A DNA stretch of 63,621 bases, filler included, from Chiloscyllium plagiosum (Eukaryota): the NCBI RefSeq assembly GCF_004010195.1. It is 5 parts of one record of this genome, joined end to end, with 100 filler letters (N's around TTAATTAATTAA, not from the genome) between each part and the next. Parts side by side here need not be neighbours in the genome. Positions count along the whole stretch, not along the records: positions 23,028 to 52,838 come from NC_057710.1; 4 more parts are not named here. One strand, written 5' to 3'. Below, piece after piece: positions 35,784-49,202 of this stretch (its first letter is position 1; every line of letters begins with the position of its first letter). The notes below the pieces were generated by a model. The model was not told the origin of the DNA, searched no databases, and worked only from the letters and a program-made list of their open reading frames with translations. The position numbers and the translations under genes are program-made.

Positions 35784-36150
35784 TGAACATCGAACATAGA
35801 AAGGTACAGCACAGAACAGGCCCTTAGGCCCACGATATTGTGCCGAGACTTAATCCTAATGTAAAATATAGTAACTTAACCTATGCACCCCTCAACTCAC
35901 CGCTATCCGTGTGCATGTCTAGCAGTCGCTTAAATGTCCCCAATGACTTCACTTCCATCAGCTCAGCTGGAAATGCATTCCATGCATTCACAACTCTCTG
36001 CGTAAAGAACCTACCACTGATATCTCCTTTATACCTTCCTCCTAATATCTTCAAACTATGACTTCTCATACCAGTCAATCCTGCCCTGGGGAAAAATCTC
36101 TGGTTATTGACTCTATCTGTTCCTCTCATTATTTTGTACACCTCCATCAT
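35784..36150 (-). mobile_element. CR1 3' end
   Basis: MEVYKIMRG...RFFTQRVVNAWNA; gaacatcgaacatag tail. Confidence 0.88.
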
Positions 36151-38791
36151 ATGAAAAAAATGAAAAGAAAGGAGAACTCAGGAGAGGTTATTAAAGTCTC
36201 CACCATACAAAACAGAGTCTTTGGAAAGGGTTAGGAATCAAACTCCAAACACATCGGATAAACAAATAACAAACAGAAGAGGGACGGTCAATACAGGACT
36301 GAAGGTGTTGTATCTGAATGTGCACAGGAGACAAAATAAGGTAAATGAGCTTGTGGCGCAAATCAAAATTGGCAAGTATGATGTGGTGGGCATCACAGAG
36401 ACGTGGCTGCAAGAGGATCAGGACTGGGAGCTAAATACCCCAGGATATACATCCTATCGAAAAGACAGTCTGATGAGCAGAGGGGGTGGGGTTACCTTAT
36501 GAGTAAAAATTGAAATTAAATCAACAGCAAGAAATGAACGAGGGTCAGATGATAGATGTGGATAGAGTTAAGGAATTGCAAAGGTAAGAAAACTATAATG
36601 GGAGTTACCTACAAGCCACCAAACAGTAGTCAGGATTTAGGGTATAAGATCCACCAGGAGTTAGAAAACGTGTGTAAGAACGGTAAGGTGACAGTGACCA
36701 TGGGAGATTTCAATATGCAGGAGGATTGGGAAAACAAGATTGGTTGTGGATCACAAGGAAAGGAATTTGTGGAATGTCTATGAGGTGGCTTTTTGGAACA
36801 ACTTGTGGTGGAGCCCACGAGGGAACAGGTATTTCTGAATTTAGTGTTGTGCAATATGACATACTTCATAAGGGAGCTTAAGGTGAAGGAATCCCAAGGA
36901 GGCAGTGACCATAGCATGGAGAGGGAGAAGGTGGAATCAGACGTAACGATATTACAGTTAAAGAAAGGCAACTACAGAGCATGAAGAACAAAGAACAAAG
37001 AAAATTTACTGCCCAGGAACAGGCCCTTCAGCCCTCCAAGCCTGAGCAGATCCAAATGCACTGTCTAAACCTGTCAGTCAATTCCTAAGCATTTGTATCC
37101 CTCTGCTCCCCACCTACTCATGCATCTGTCAGACGCATCTTAAATGAATCTACCGAGCCTGCCTCTACCACCACAGCTGGCAACGCGTTCACATTCTCTA
37201 TGTGAAGTACTTGCCACGAGTATCCCTCAACCTCTCTTTATAGCTAGTACCTTCCATTTCAGGCAACATCCTCATAAACCTTCTCTGCATCCTCTCCAAA
37301 GTGTCCACATCCTTTTGGTAATGTGGCGACCAGAACTGTACACAGTATTCTATATGTGGCCGAACCAATGTCTTGTACAATTTTAACATGACTTGCCAGC
37401 TCTTATACTCAACACCCCGTCCAATGAAGGCAAGCATAATACATGCCTTCTTGACCACTCTATCCACCTGTGCAGCAACCTTCAAGGTACAATGGACCTG
37501 CACTCCCAGATCTCTCTGCCCATCAACTTTTCCAAGGCTCTTACAGTCATTGTATAATTCGCTCTAGAATTAGACTTGCCAAAATGCATCACCTCACATT
37601 TGTCTGGATTGAAAGCCATCTGCCATTTTTACACCCAACTCTCCAGTCTATCTATATCCTCCTGTATTCTCTGACAGCGCTTATGCTTTCTGCTATTCCA
37701 CCAATCTTTGTATCATCTGCAAACTTGCTGATCATACCAACAGTGCCCTCTTCCAGATCATTTATGTATATTACAAACAACAGTGGCCCCAATACTGACC
37801 CCTGTGGAACACCACCGGTCACCTTCCTCCATTTCAAGAAACTCCGTTCAACTACTACTCTCTGTCTCCTGTTGCTCAACAAGTTCTTTATCCACCTAGC
37901 TAGAAAACCCTGCACACCATGTGACTTCACTTTCTCCATTAGATAGCAATGGGGAACCTTATCAAACGCCTTACTAAAGTCCATGTATATGACATCAACA
38001 GCCCTTCCTTCATCTAACAACTTAGTCACTTCCTCAAAGAACTCTATTAAGTTGGTAAGGCACGATCTCCCCCACACAAAACCAGGTTGTCTATCACTGA
38101 GAAGCTCATTCTTTTCAAAATATAAATAGATTCTATCTCTCAGAGCCCTCTCCAGCAACTTCCCCACCACCGACGTCAGGCTCACTGGTCTGTAGTTACC
38201 CGGAATATCCCTACTGCCCTTCTTGTATAGGGGGACAACATGAGCAACCTTCTAGTCCTCCGGCACCTCACCTGTATTTAAGGATGCCACAAAGATATCT
38301 GTCAGGGCCCCAGCAATTTCCTCTCTCGCCTCCCTCAGCAACCTGGGATGGATCTATCCGGTCCTGGGGATTTGTCCACCTTAATAACCTCTGGCATACC
38401 TAACACATCTTCCTACATATGCCAACGTGATCCAGATTAACCAAATTTATATCTCTAATCTCAAGATTCATCATGGTCCTCTCCTCAGTGAACACTGATG
38501 CAAAGTAATCATTCGGAATATCACCCATTCTCTCAGGTTCGGCACACAGCCTTCCTTCATTATCCTTTAGTGGACCAATTCTTTCTCTAGTTACCCACTT
38601 GCTGCTTATATAAGAATAAAATGCTTTGGGATTTTCCTTAATTCTGCTTGCTCAAGCTATTTCATGACCCCTTTTAGCCCACTTGATTCCTTGTTTAAAG
38701 ACTTGTCATACTCTTCCGATATTCCTCCAGGGCCCGTTCTGTTCTTAGCTGCCTCGACCTTATGTAAGCTTCCCTTTTCCTCTTGGCTAGT

Positions 38792-39333
38792 CGGCCTGCA
38801 CAGCACCACTAATCCAGAATCTGGTTTCCAGCATCTGCAGTCATTGTTTTTACCTAGTTGATTTTAACCCTACTGCGAATCCTCTTGCAAGGATGCCTGC
38901 CTTGAAAACGTTTTCATCCTCTCTCTACAAGAATCTCAGGGAGTCCCTCTCCCACTGCAACTCCCAGGTCATTTCCTCTACCCTGAAGCTCTTCAATCAT
39001 GTCCTGAAACAAACTCGCCAGCTCAGCACTGTCCCCATGACTTGTCCTACCTGCCTATCTTCTTTTCCACCTATCCACTCCACCCTCCTCCCTGACTTAT
39101 CACCTTCATCCCCTCCCCCACTCACCTATTGTACTCTATGCTACTTTCTCCCCACCCCACCCTTCCTCTAGTTTATCTCTCCATGCTTCAGGCTCTCTGC
39201 CTTTATTCCTGATGAAGGGCTTTTGCCCGAAACGTCGATTTTACTGCTCCTCGGATGCTGCCTGAACTGCTGTGCTCTTCCAGCACCACTGATTCAGAAT
39301 CTGGTTTCCAGCATCTGCAGTCATTGTTTTTAC
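38792..39333 (+). mobile_element. PLE remnant with two direct pLTR ends around the ORF start
   Basis: cagcaccact(a/g)at(c/t)cagaatctggtttccagcatctgcagtcattgtttttacct at ~38801-38855 and ~39281-39335; intact hammerhead 39209-39236. Confidence 0.82.
39205..39240 (+). ncRNA. Minimal hammerhead ribozyme
   Basis: attc-CTGATGA-agggc-tttt-gccc-GAAA-CGTC-gatt, fully canonical core. Confidence 0.8.
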
Positions 39334-40551
39334 CTGGACAATTTCTCCTGTCATCCACGATTCATGAATCTTGCCCTTCCTATCTGGCACTACTGTTAAC
39401 CTATCTTTGAAAGCCTCCCACATCTCAAATGTGGACTTCCCTTCAAATAGCTTTGTCCAATCCACATTTCCCAAATCCTGCCTAATTTTTATATAATTGG
39501 CTTTGGCCCTGTTTAGTATTCTTCCCTTAGGACCACTCTCTTCTTTATCTACGAGTATTCTAAAACTTACAGAATTGTGGTCACTGTTTCCAAAGAAATC
39601 CCCCACCGCAATTTCTAACATTTGTTCTGGCTCGTTCCCTAGTACCAGGTCCAATATGGCCCCTTCCCTTGTCAGACTATTGACATACTGCTCTAGAAAA
39701 CTCTCCTGGACGCTTTGTACAAATTCTACTCCATCCAGACCTCTGACACTAAGTGTATCCCAGTCAATGTTGGGAAATTTAAATCTCCCAACACCACTAC
39801 CCTATTGCCTCTACATCTATTTATAATCTGTTCACCTATTTGTTCTTTTACCTCATGCTCACTGTTGGGAGGTCTGTGATACAGCCCCAACAATGTAACT
39901 GCACCCTTCTTATTTCTCAGCTCCACCCATAATGCCTCACTACCCAAGACTGCCATCGTGTCCTCCTTTAGCACAGCCGTGATATCGTCCCTGACTAGCA
40001 ATGCAACTCCACCCCCTCTTTTACTTCCCTCCCTGTCCTGTCTGAAGCGTCTATATCCTGGAACATTTAGTTGCCAATCGTCATACCCTTCCTTCAACCA
40101 AGTCTCTGTGATGGCAATAATGTCATACTCCCAGGCACCAATCTAAGCTCTTGTTCATCTGCCATCTTCATTATACATCTTACATTAAAGTAGCTGCATT
40201 TCAGGTCTCCATTTCTTTTGCGCTCACCTGCTCTCTGCCTATTCTTCCTTTTATTAATGTTATCTTCATAATTCTTAGTCTCCAGTTTCCACCTCACTGC
40301 CTGCTTGTTTTCTCTTCTGGTCCCAGTTCCCTGCCACATTAGTTTAAAACCTCCCCAACAGCTGGGTAGAAATGACTGGGAGAGAAGCCTAGCAGGAAAG
40401 ACAGTGGAACAGCAATGGCAGGAGTTTCTGAGGATATTTCAGGAAACGCAGCAAAAATTTATCCCTGGGAAAAAGAAGCATATGAAAGAGAGGAGGAGGC
40501 AACCATGGCTGGCTGGCTGGCTGAAGTCAGGGACAACATAAGAGCAAAAGA

Positions 40552-40971
40552 GAAAGCAGAAGTGTGGTGAACAGAGAATGGTGAACTCAGCCCGGACAAT
40601 CACAAAGGCCAACCTCCCATCTATAGAATCCATCTACTAGGCTTGCTGTCAAGGAAAGGCCGCCAGCATTCTCAAAGATCCATCCCACCCTGGCAATGTT
40701 TTTCTACAATCTCTACCATGGGGGAAAAGATTCAAAAGCCTGAACACACACCAGCCAATTTTGAAACAGTTTCTACCCTCCTGTTGTTAGAATACTGAAT
40801 GGATTCACAAACTCTTAACATTTGCCTGTACCCGTATTTTTGTTTTTGCCGCTGTTTACTTATTATTTACTTGTCTATGCTACATAACTATGTGATCTGG
40901 TTGTACTTATCACAAGACAAAACTTTTCACTGTGCCTCAGTACACGTGACAATAAATTCAATTCAATTCAA
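40552..40971 (+). mobile_element. Rex1/Babar-type LINE 3' end
   Basis: QRMVNSARTITKANLPSIESIY...ILKDPSHPG; aataaa + (ATTCA)n tail. Confidence 0.75.
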
Positions 40972-42721
40972 TGAGGCGTTGGGTAGTAGTCAGCCAGAGG
41001 ACTGGGAAACCTACAAAGACCAACAGAGGGCAATGAAGAAAGAAACAAGGAGAGAGAAGATTAAATAGGAGGGTAAGCTGGCCAGTAATATTCAGAAAGA
41101 TTGCAAGAGTTTCTTTCGATATGTCAAGAGCAAAAGAAAAGCAAAAGTGGAGACTGGGCCACTGGAAAATGATGCTGGAGAAGGGGTAGTGGGAAACAAA
41201 GAAATGGCTGAGAAGCTGAGCAAGTATTTTGTGTCAGTCTTTACGGTAGAAGGCATGAGTAATACCCCAACAATTCAAGAGAGTCGGTGTGTTGGTTCAT
41301 ATGGGTGGGGCAGTCAGAGATGAGTACATTGGCCATCACCAAGGAGAAGGCGCTATAAAAACTGAAAGGTCTGAACGTGGATAAATCGCTTGGACCAGAT
41401 GGGCTACATTTTAGACTTTTGAAGGAGATAGCTGAAGAGATAGTGGAGGCGTTAGTGGTGATCTTTCAAGTATTACTGGAGTCAGGGAGGATCCCAGAGG
41501 ACTGAAAAATCGCTAATGTAACCCCCATTTCAGAATGGAGCAAGGCAAAAGATGAAAAATGATAGGCTGATTAGCCTGACCTCACTCATTGGTAAGATTT
41601 TGGAATCCATTGTGAAGGATGAGATTTCTGAATACTTGGAAGTGTATGGTAAAATAAGGCAAAGTCAGCAAGGTTTCATCAAGGGAAGGTCAAGCCTGAC
41701 AAATCTGCTTGAATTCTTTAAAGAAGTATCGAGCTTCCTAGACCAAGGACAGCCAATGGATGTTATCTACCTGGACTTCAAGAAGGCCTTTGATAAGGTG
41801 CTACATAGGAGTAAGGTTAGGGCCCATGGTCTTAGAGGCCAGGTACTAGCATGGAAAGAAGCTTGGCTGTCTGTTAGAGGGCAGAGTGTGCTCTTCTCGG
41901 GATGGTACCATCCTTCTCGGGATGGTAGCAGGTGACTAGTGGTATTTCACACAGATCAGTGCTGGGACCACAACTTTTTACTTTGTACATTAATGATCTG
42001 GATGAATGAATTGAGAGCACGTCATATGCTTTGGCATGAAGAACAGAGGAATGGACTATTTTCTGAAAAGGGAGAAAATTTAGAGATCTGAAGTGCAAAG
42101 GGACTTGTGAGTCCCAGTCCAAGTTTCTTTTTAGGCAAATGTGCAGGTTGAGTTAGTAGTTAAGAAGAGAAATGCAAAATTCTCATTCATCTTGACAGGA
42201 CTAGGATATAAAAGCAGGGATATACTTCTGAGGCATTAGAAGGCTCTGGTCAGAGCACATTTCAAGTATTTTGAGCAATTATGAGACCCATAACTCAGGA
42301 AAGATGTATTGGCACTGGATCAAGTCCAGAAGGGATTCAGAAGAATGATCCCAGGAATGAAAGGCCTAACATATGAGGAACGCTTGAGGACTCTGGGACT
42401 ATACTCAATAGAGTTTAGAAGGATGAGGGGGAATCTAATTGAAAGGTTCAGGATACTGAATGGCCTGGACAGTGTGGACATTGGGAAAATGAACCCATTG
42501 GCAGCAGAGACTAGGACTCAACGGCACAGCTTTAGAGTAAAGAAAATTCCCTTTAGAATGGAGATAAGGAGGAACTTCTTCAGCCAGAGAAGCCACAGAA
42601 GGCTGTGTAGGCCAGGTCATTGAGTATATTTAAAACAGAGATAGATAAGTTCTTCATTGCTAAGAAGATCAAAGGTTATGGGGAAAAAGTGGGAAAATGG
42701 GGTTGAAAAGCCCCATTGAAT

Positions 42722-42845
42722 GGAGGGAGACAAAAGACCTGCAGATACTGGAATCCGAAATACACAGGAGGCTGAAAGAATACAGCAAGCCAGGCAGCAT
42801 CAGGAGTCAACGTTTCGAGTGTAACCCTATTTCAGGACTGGGAGT
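42722..42845 (-). mobile_element. Degenerate PLE pLTR
   Basis: Reverse complement gtcCTGAAATAgggttacactcGAAACGTTgac...gatgctgcctggcttgctg. Confidence 0.65.
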
Positions 42846-44171
42846 GCATGACCAAATCCCTCTTGTACACATCTTCATGGTCAAGCCTATTTATAGCCCC
42901 CCCCCCCCCGCCCACAGTTTGAAGCTGTAGCTGTATAAACAGCACTTACAAAGTGGGTGAGGTCACTTGCTTTTCAAAAGTGCAGTAATCCTTTCCACAT
43001 TCATTGGTTTCCCATCTCAGTTCACAATCAAAAATAGAGGAAAATACAAAGACATGGTTTTTCAACCACATTCAATCAAATTCCATCTAGTCTCATTTTA
43101 CAAGAGATTGCTTACCAGATCAGTGTTTGTCTCTGTCATCCAAGTGTTATTTGATAGATAGTATAATACCTGGAACTCTTTGGTTATGAGGTATCTGTGG
43201 AGAAAAGAGCATGATTGAACAGAGTTCCTCAGTACTGATATATCCATATAAGATATACTGAGGCTGAGATGCTGACCATTAAACTGTCACAAAGGCCAAA
43301 AGACACATACAGCAAAAGATGCCTTTCTCTTAAGGATATGAATGAACCAGATATTTTTACAATAATTAATGATAATTTCATGCTACTGTTACTTCGACTA
43401 GATTTCAATTCCAGACTAATTCATGGAATTGGAGGCAGGGTTGCATCACAGGAATGTCATCGGATTAGTAATCCAGAATCTGGTGTTGAGGATGTGGGTT
43501 TGAATCCCATCATGGCAGAATGTGAAGATTAAATTCTGTAAACATTTTGAATTTGTTTAAAAGGCAAGGTTGCTGTGGCAATTGAATCTTTCTTTCTGTG
43601 ATTCATAAGAAGACCTTTTCAAATAGGTCATTGCAGTGCAACTGAATGTGCACTTTTTTTTGTGTTCTATAGTTAAAAGTACACAGGCAGTCTCTTGTGA
43701 ATATTTTCAGTGACTGATCATCACTGTAAATGTAAACAACAAATAAAACTTCTGATGTATCAAATCGGAATTTCTTTGGGTTCTGACTGGTGTGTAACTA
43801 GGTAACCAGGAGCTCTAGATTTAGTTGTATTACCTTTTTCTTTGTCGGAACATGTCTGCACTGAGCCCATAGAATTTCATTTATGAATGCCTCCCATTGA
43901 TATGTCACTGATTGGCCACCAAGTAGCTATAACCAGTCGAACGACACAGGTCACCTCTCAGCAAGGTAAAATTTATCTTACCCCAGTTCAAAAGTTCTAT
44001 TCATGTTCTGACATCCTCCTTTTCCATAATAATGCTAAATACAATGGCACCTTCACACAAATATATGTAAAAGTCATGATAATGACATTAAGAGGCTATT
44101 TGGTCCCTTTTTTTAAGAAAAAGAGAGATTAGGAGGACAGGTGTCGAGCAGTCAATGACAAGTTAAACAAC

Positions 44172-45367
44172 TAGTGAAGGCATGGGTATTTTTTTAAAAA
44201 GCTGTGTCACAAAGCTAGTCACTTTTTTAAATAAAAGCTGTTCCTTGGCTCAAGGAGACTCTGTCCTTGATTTCTTTTCAGAGGGATAATAAACCGGGCC
44301 GGGCTCTGATCAGTCTGGTTTGGTACAGAGATTAAAAAAAGGATTTTGAGAGGCCTTTTGTTTACATGTAAACAGATGAGACTTCATGGCAAAGTGGTCA
44401 TGTTTCAGAAGTGACTTATATAAAGCAAGGGGGAGTGGTCAGCTCTTTAGCTGGGCTGAGCAGTTTTAATTCAGTCTTGAACTGGTTGACGAGTTCATTA
44501 GGGAGCTGTGTGAAAACGCTCTCTCTTTTCTGCCCTTCAACTTCAACTTGTAAGCATATGTTCCATTTATACTGGTTTTTAAAGGGAGTTTGCTTATTGG
44601 GATTGTTGTGGATATTCGGAACAGCATAATTAAGTCGAGTTGGATAGGTTAGTTTTGTAGGGGTTCTTTATTCTGTTCTTTGTGTTTCATTGTGTAATTT
44701 TGTGAATAAATCTTTGTCTGTTTTAAAATCTCGTATTCAACCTAGCTATCTTCATCTGGGTAATTTTCACTGTACACTTACTGAAATAAATTGCAAAGTT
44801 ATGGTCTGGAGCTGCCTGCTGAAGAATGTTTTGAGTGGTCTGGCCTAGTCCATAACAACTGGAACAGCAGAAACAACCTATATGGGTGTGGTCAAGCTCC
44901 CGCCCACAGAACCAGGCATTTTTAGATTCGTTTTTGGCAGTTGTGGGTAGGGGTGTCTCAGTAGTTGGAAGGCAGAGAATCTTTCCCAGTTGCTAAACTC
45001 TCTCTAGTTTTTCCCTCTCAGCTGCTACAAGAGTTGAACGTGAGACAATCTGTTTTCTGAATTTGCCATTTTGCCAAGGATGTGTTTATGGAATGTTAAA
45101 ATATTGAAACAGTTAATTAGTAATAGTTACTATATCTATAATGCTATTAAGTTTTCCAGTAGCGTTAAGTTATTCCAATTCCTTGTTTCTTTTGTTGTAT
45201 ATTAGCTATAGTGGATGAGTAAAGTATATTTTGCTTAAAATCTGGTAGTCTGATCAACTGAATTGCATCTGGAATGCAATACCTTACATTTACCTTTCAA
45301 ATAAGATAAAGCGAGGGTTGAGGCTACCTTCTTAATATTTTGAGGGGGTTTGGTCTGACCCACAACA
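44172..45367 (+). mobile_element. Solo LTR (outer), split by another LTR
   Basis: Ends ggtttggtctgacccacAACA, 3' half resembles the inner LTR; 5' boundary uncertain. Confidence 0.55.
44205..44857 (+). mobile_element. Solo Gypsy-type LTR (inner)
   Basis: TGTCAC...ATAACA termini, (g/a)ctg 4-bp TSD, tatataaa near 44417, aataaa at 44705. Confidence 0.75.
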
Positions 45368-45625
45368 AAGGTAAATTATTTCTTGCTGTTAAAGTGCATC
45401 AAGATGTTTCATCTTCTGGGGCAATCTGGAACAAGAGGCCATAGTGTTAGGATAAGAGTAGCCAATTTAAAACAGATAAGGAGAAATCACTTCTCTCAAA
45501 GGGTCGTGACCTTGTGGAATTTAGTCCTCCAGAGTGTGGTGGATACTGGGACATTGAGTAAACTTAAGGAGGAGATAGACAGTTTAACTAGTAGTAGGTT
45601 GAAGGGTTATGGAGTGCGGGCAGGA
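45368..45625 (+). mobile_element. CR1 3' fragment
   Basis: SGTRGHSVRI...RRNHFSQRVVTLWN. Confidence 0.75.
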
Positions 45626-45626
45626 A

Positions 45627-46310
45627 CTGATCAACAGAACTGAGGTTGAGAGGGTGGAGAGCATTAAATTCCATGGAGTAACAATAACCGACAATCTGGC
45701 TTGGACTTCCTATGAAGATATAGCAGTCAAGGAAGCACAACAATGCCTCTTCTTCCTCAGGCAGCTCAGGAAATGTGGAAATGTGCCCATAAGGACCCTC
45801 ACCAATTTCTACAGATGCACCATTGAAAGCATACTGTCCAGGTGTATAATGGCCTGCTCTGCCCAGGACCGTAAGAAATTACAGAAGGTTATGTGCACAG
45901 CCCAGACCATCAAGGAATCCACCCTCCCATCCATGGACTCCACTTACACAGCTCGCTGCCATAGAAAGCCTGCCAACATCATCAAAGACCCATCACACTC
46001 TGGTAATGATCTCTTACAATCTCTTCCGTCAGGTAGAAGATATAGAAGCCTGAACATATGCACCAGCAGGAAAGGAAAGAGCTTCTTCCCAGCTGCTATT
46101 AGACTGATGAATGGACTCTCTAGCCTCAAATAATGCTGATCTTGCTAATGCCATTCCTGCCCAGTGCATGCGCTGTGCAATGTAACCTGTATGCCTCTGT
46201 CTAAGTCTTTCTGATCTGTACATCATTTTTTACCATGATCTGCCTTGACTGTTCGTAAAGAAAACTTTTCACTGTAACTTTGGTACACCTGACAATAAAT
46301 CAATTAATCA
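45627..46310 (+). mobile_element. Rex1/Babar-type LINE 3' part (post-RT DUF1891-like region)
   Basis: EVERVESIKFHGVTITDNL.W...KEAQQCLFFLRQLRK...LTNFYRCTIESIL...LPSGRRYRS; aataaatcaat tail. Confidence 0.85.
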
Positions 46311-46454
46311 AAAACCTATCTAACTTCCACACTGACTCTATCCAGACCTCTCAGTATTCTGTAAATTACGATCAGGAATGGTAACACAAATGATAACAGG
46401 GAGGGGCTGGGCAGAGTCGATCAGAAGGGGACCTGAACAGGGAAGACAATGGAG

Positions 46455-48294
46455 TAGCAGTGGCAATAGTGCCTGGGGGTAATACAGCAGCAGTGACAGC
46501 AGTGTCTTGGTGGTAATATAGCAGCAGTGACAACAGTGTTAAGGGGGTAATACAGCAGTAATGGCAGCAGTGCCTGGGGGTAATACAGCAGCAGTTACAG
46601 CAGTGTCTGGGGGTAATACAGCAGCAGACACAGCAGTGTCTGGGGTGTAATACAGCAGCAGTGACAGCAGTTTCTGGGGGGGGTAATACAGCAGCAGTGA
46701 CAGCAGTGTCTGGGTGGTAATATAGCAGCAGTGACAGCAGTGTTAAGGGAGTAATACAGCAGCAGTGGCAACAGTGCTTGGAGGTAATACAGCAGCAGTT
46801 ACAGCAGTGTCTGGGGGTAATACAGCAGCAGAAACAGCAGTGTCTGGGGGTAATATAGCAGCAGTGACAGCAGTGTCTGGGGGTAATATAGCAGCAGTGA
46901 CAGTAGTATCTGGGGGGTAATACAGCAGCAGAGACAGCAGTGTCTGGGGGGAAGACAGCAGCAGTGACAGCAGTGTCTGGGGGTAATACAGCAGCACTGA
47001 CAGCAGTGTCAGGGGGGAAGACAGCAGCATTGATAGCAGTGTCTGGGGGGGTAATACAGCAGCAGTGACAGCAGTGTCGTGGGGGAAATACAGCAGCACT
47101 GTCAGCAGTGTCTGGATGTAATACAGCAGCAGTGACAGCAGTGTCTGAATGTAATACAGCAGCAGTGACAGCAGTGTCTGGGGGTAATACAGCAGAGTGA
47201 CAACAGTGTCAGGGGGGAAGACAGCAGCAGTGACAGCAGTGTCTGAATGTAATACAGCAGCACTGACAGCAGTGTCAGGGGGGAAGACAGCAGCAGTGAC
47301 AGCAGTGTCTGAATGTAATACAGCAGCAGTGACAGCAGTGTCTGGGGAGTAATACATCACCAGTTACAGCAGTGCCTGAGGTACTACAGCAGCTGTGAGG
47401 GCAGTTTTTGGGGTGGTAATCCAGCTGCAGTGACAGCAGTGTCTGGGGGGGTAATACAGCAGCAGTGACAGCAGTTTCCGGGGAGTAATACATCACCAGT
47501 TACAGCAGTGCCTGAGGTACTACAGCAGCTGTGAGGGCAGTTTTTGGGGTGGTAATCCAGCTGCAGTGACAGCAGTGTCTGGGGGGGTAATACAGCAGCA
47601 GTGACAGCAGTGTCTGAATGTAATACAGCAGCAGTGACAGCAGTGTCAGGGGGGGAAGACAGCAGCAGTGACAGCAGTGTCTGGGGGTAATACAGCAGCA
47701 CTGACAGCAGTGTCAGGGGGGAAGACAGCAGCATTGACAGCAGTGTCTGGGGGTAATACAGCAGCAGAAACAGCAGTGTCTGGGGGTAATATAGCAGCAG
47801 TGACAGCAGTGTCTGGGGGTAATATAGCAGCAGTAACAGCAGTATCTGGGGGGTAATACAGGAGCAGAGACAGCAGTGTCTGGGGAGAGTAATACAGCAG
47901 CAATGACAGCAGTGTCAGGGGGGAAGATAGCAGCAGTGACAGCAGTGTCTGGGGGGAGTAATACCGCAGCAGTGACAGCAGTGTCTGAATGTAATATAGC
48001 AGCAGTGACAGCAGTGTCAGGGGGGAAGACAGCAGCAGTGACAGCAGTGTCTGGGGGTAATCCAGCTGCAGTGACAGCAGTGTCTCGGGGTAATATAGCA
48101 GCAGTGACAGCAGTGTCTGGGGGGATAATACAGCAACAGTGACAGCAGTGTCTGGGGGTAATACAGCAGCAGTGACAGCAGTGTTCAGAAGGTAATGCAG
48201 GAGCGGTGACAGCAGTTTCTGGGGGTAAAACAGCTGCAGTGACAGCAGTGTCTGGGTGTAATACAGCAGCAGTGACAGCAGTTTCTGGGGGTAA
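46455..48294. repeat. 33-bp satellite (gggggtaatacagcagcagtgacagcagtgtct), left part
   Basis: About 54 units with G-run length variation. Confidence 0.95.
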
Positions 48295-49202
48295 TCCAAG
48301 GATGTCCAAGGATCTAGGGAGGCTGTGGAGAAGGTAGCACTGACAGAGCATACTTGCGGACACAGAGATGGGTTCAAGTGTGTATACTTCAATGCAAGGA
48401 GTATCAGAAATAAGGTGGGTGAACTTAAGGCGTGGATTGGTACTTGGGACTACGATGTTGTGGCCATCACGGAAACGTGGATAGAAGAGGGACAGGAATG
48501 GTTGTTAGAGGTTCCTGGTTATAGATGTTTCAGTAAGATTAGGGAGGGTGATAAAAAGGGAGGGGGTGTGGCGTTGCTAATTAGAAATGGTATAGTGGCT
48601 GCAGAAAGGTAGTTCGACGGGAATCTGCCTTTGGAGGTAGTATGGGCTGAAGTCAGAAATAGGAAAGGAGTAGTCACCTTGTTGGGTGTTCACTATAGGC
48701 TCCCCAATAGCAGCAGAGATGTGGAGAAACAGAATGGGAAACAGATTTCGGAAAGGTGCAGAAGCCACAGGGTAGTAGTCATGGGCGATTTCAACTTCCC
48801 AAACATTGATTGGAAGCTCTTTAGATCAAGTAGGTTGGACGGGGGGGCGGTGTTTGTGCAGTGTGTCCAGGAAGCTTTTCTCACTCAGTCTGTAGATTGT
48901 CCGACCAGAGGGGAGGCCATATTGGATTTGGTACTCGGTAACGAACTGGGACAAGTGATGGGCTTGTTAGTGGGTGAGCATTTTGGTGATGGTGACCACA
49001 ATTCTGTGACTTTCACCTTGGTTATGGAGAGAGATAGGTGCGAGCAAAAGGGTAGGTTTTACAATTGAGGGAAGGGGAAATACGATGCTGCAAGACAGGA
49101 TCTGAGGAGCATAAGTTGGGAGCATAGGCTGTCAGGAAAGGATGTCATTGAAATGTGGAACTTTTTCAAGGAACAGATACAACATGTCCTTGATATGTAT
49201 GT

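Larger units (their letters stand above)
36985..40361 (-). mobile_element. CR1 LINE (APE and RT, 3' tail) nested antisense
   Basis: (TTCTTTG)n tail at 36985; [24 protein letters not shown]. Confidence 0.92.
36150..42720 (+). mobile_element. Near-complete ORF2 of an older CR1 subfamily, interrupted at 36985-40361 and 40552-40971
   Basis: LYLNV, GITETW, MGDFN, SDH; resumes 40361; LTSLIGKILESI, YLDFKKAFDKV, RMRGNLIE. Confidence 0.85.

Noticed and set aside
45609..46133. 174-aa ORF as a host gene (ALKBH8 N-terminal-like annotation)
   Set aside because: It is the post-RT region of a Rex1/Babar LINE, followed by its tail
46743..48392. 200+ aa Thr/Ala/Pro or Leu-rich ORFs as mucin or antifreeze genes
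   Set aside because: Frames switch with G-run slippage; no signal peptide or exon borders; split by a LINE
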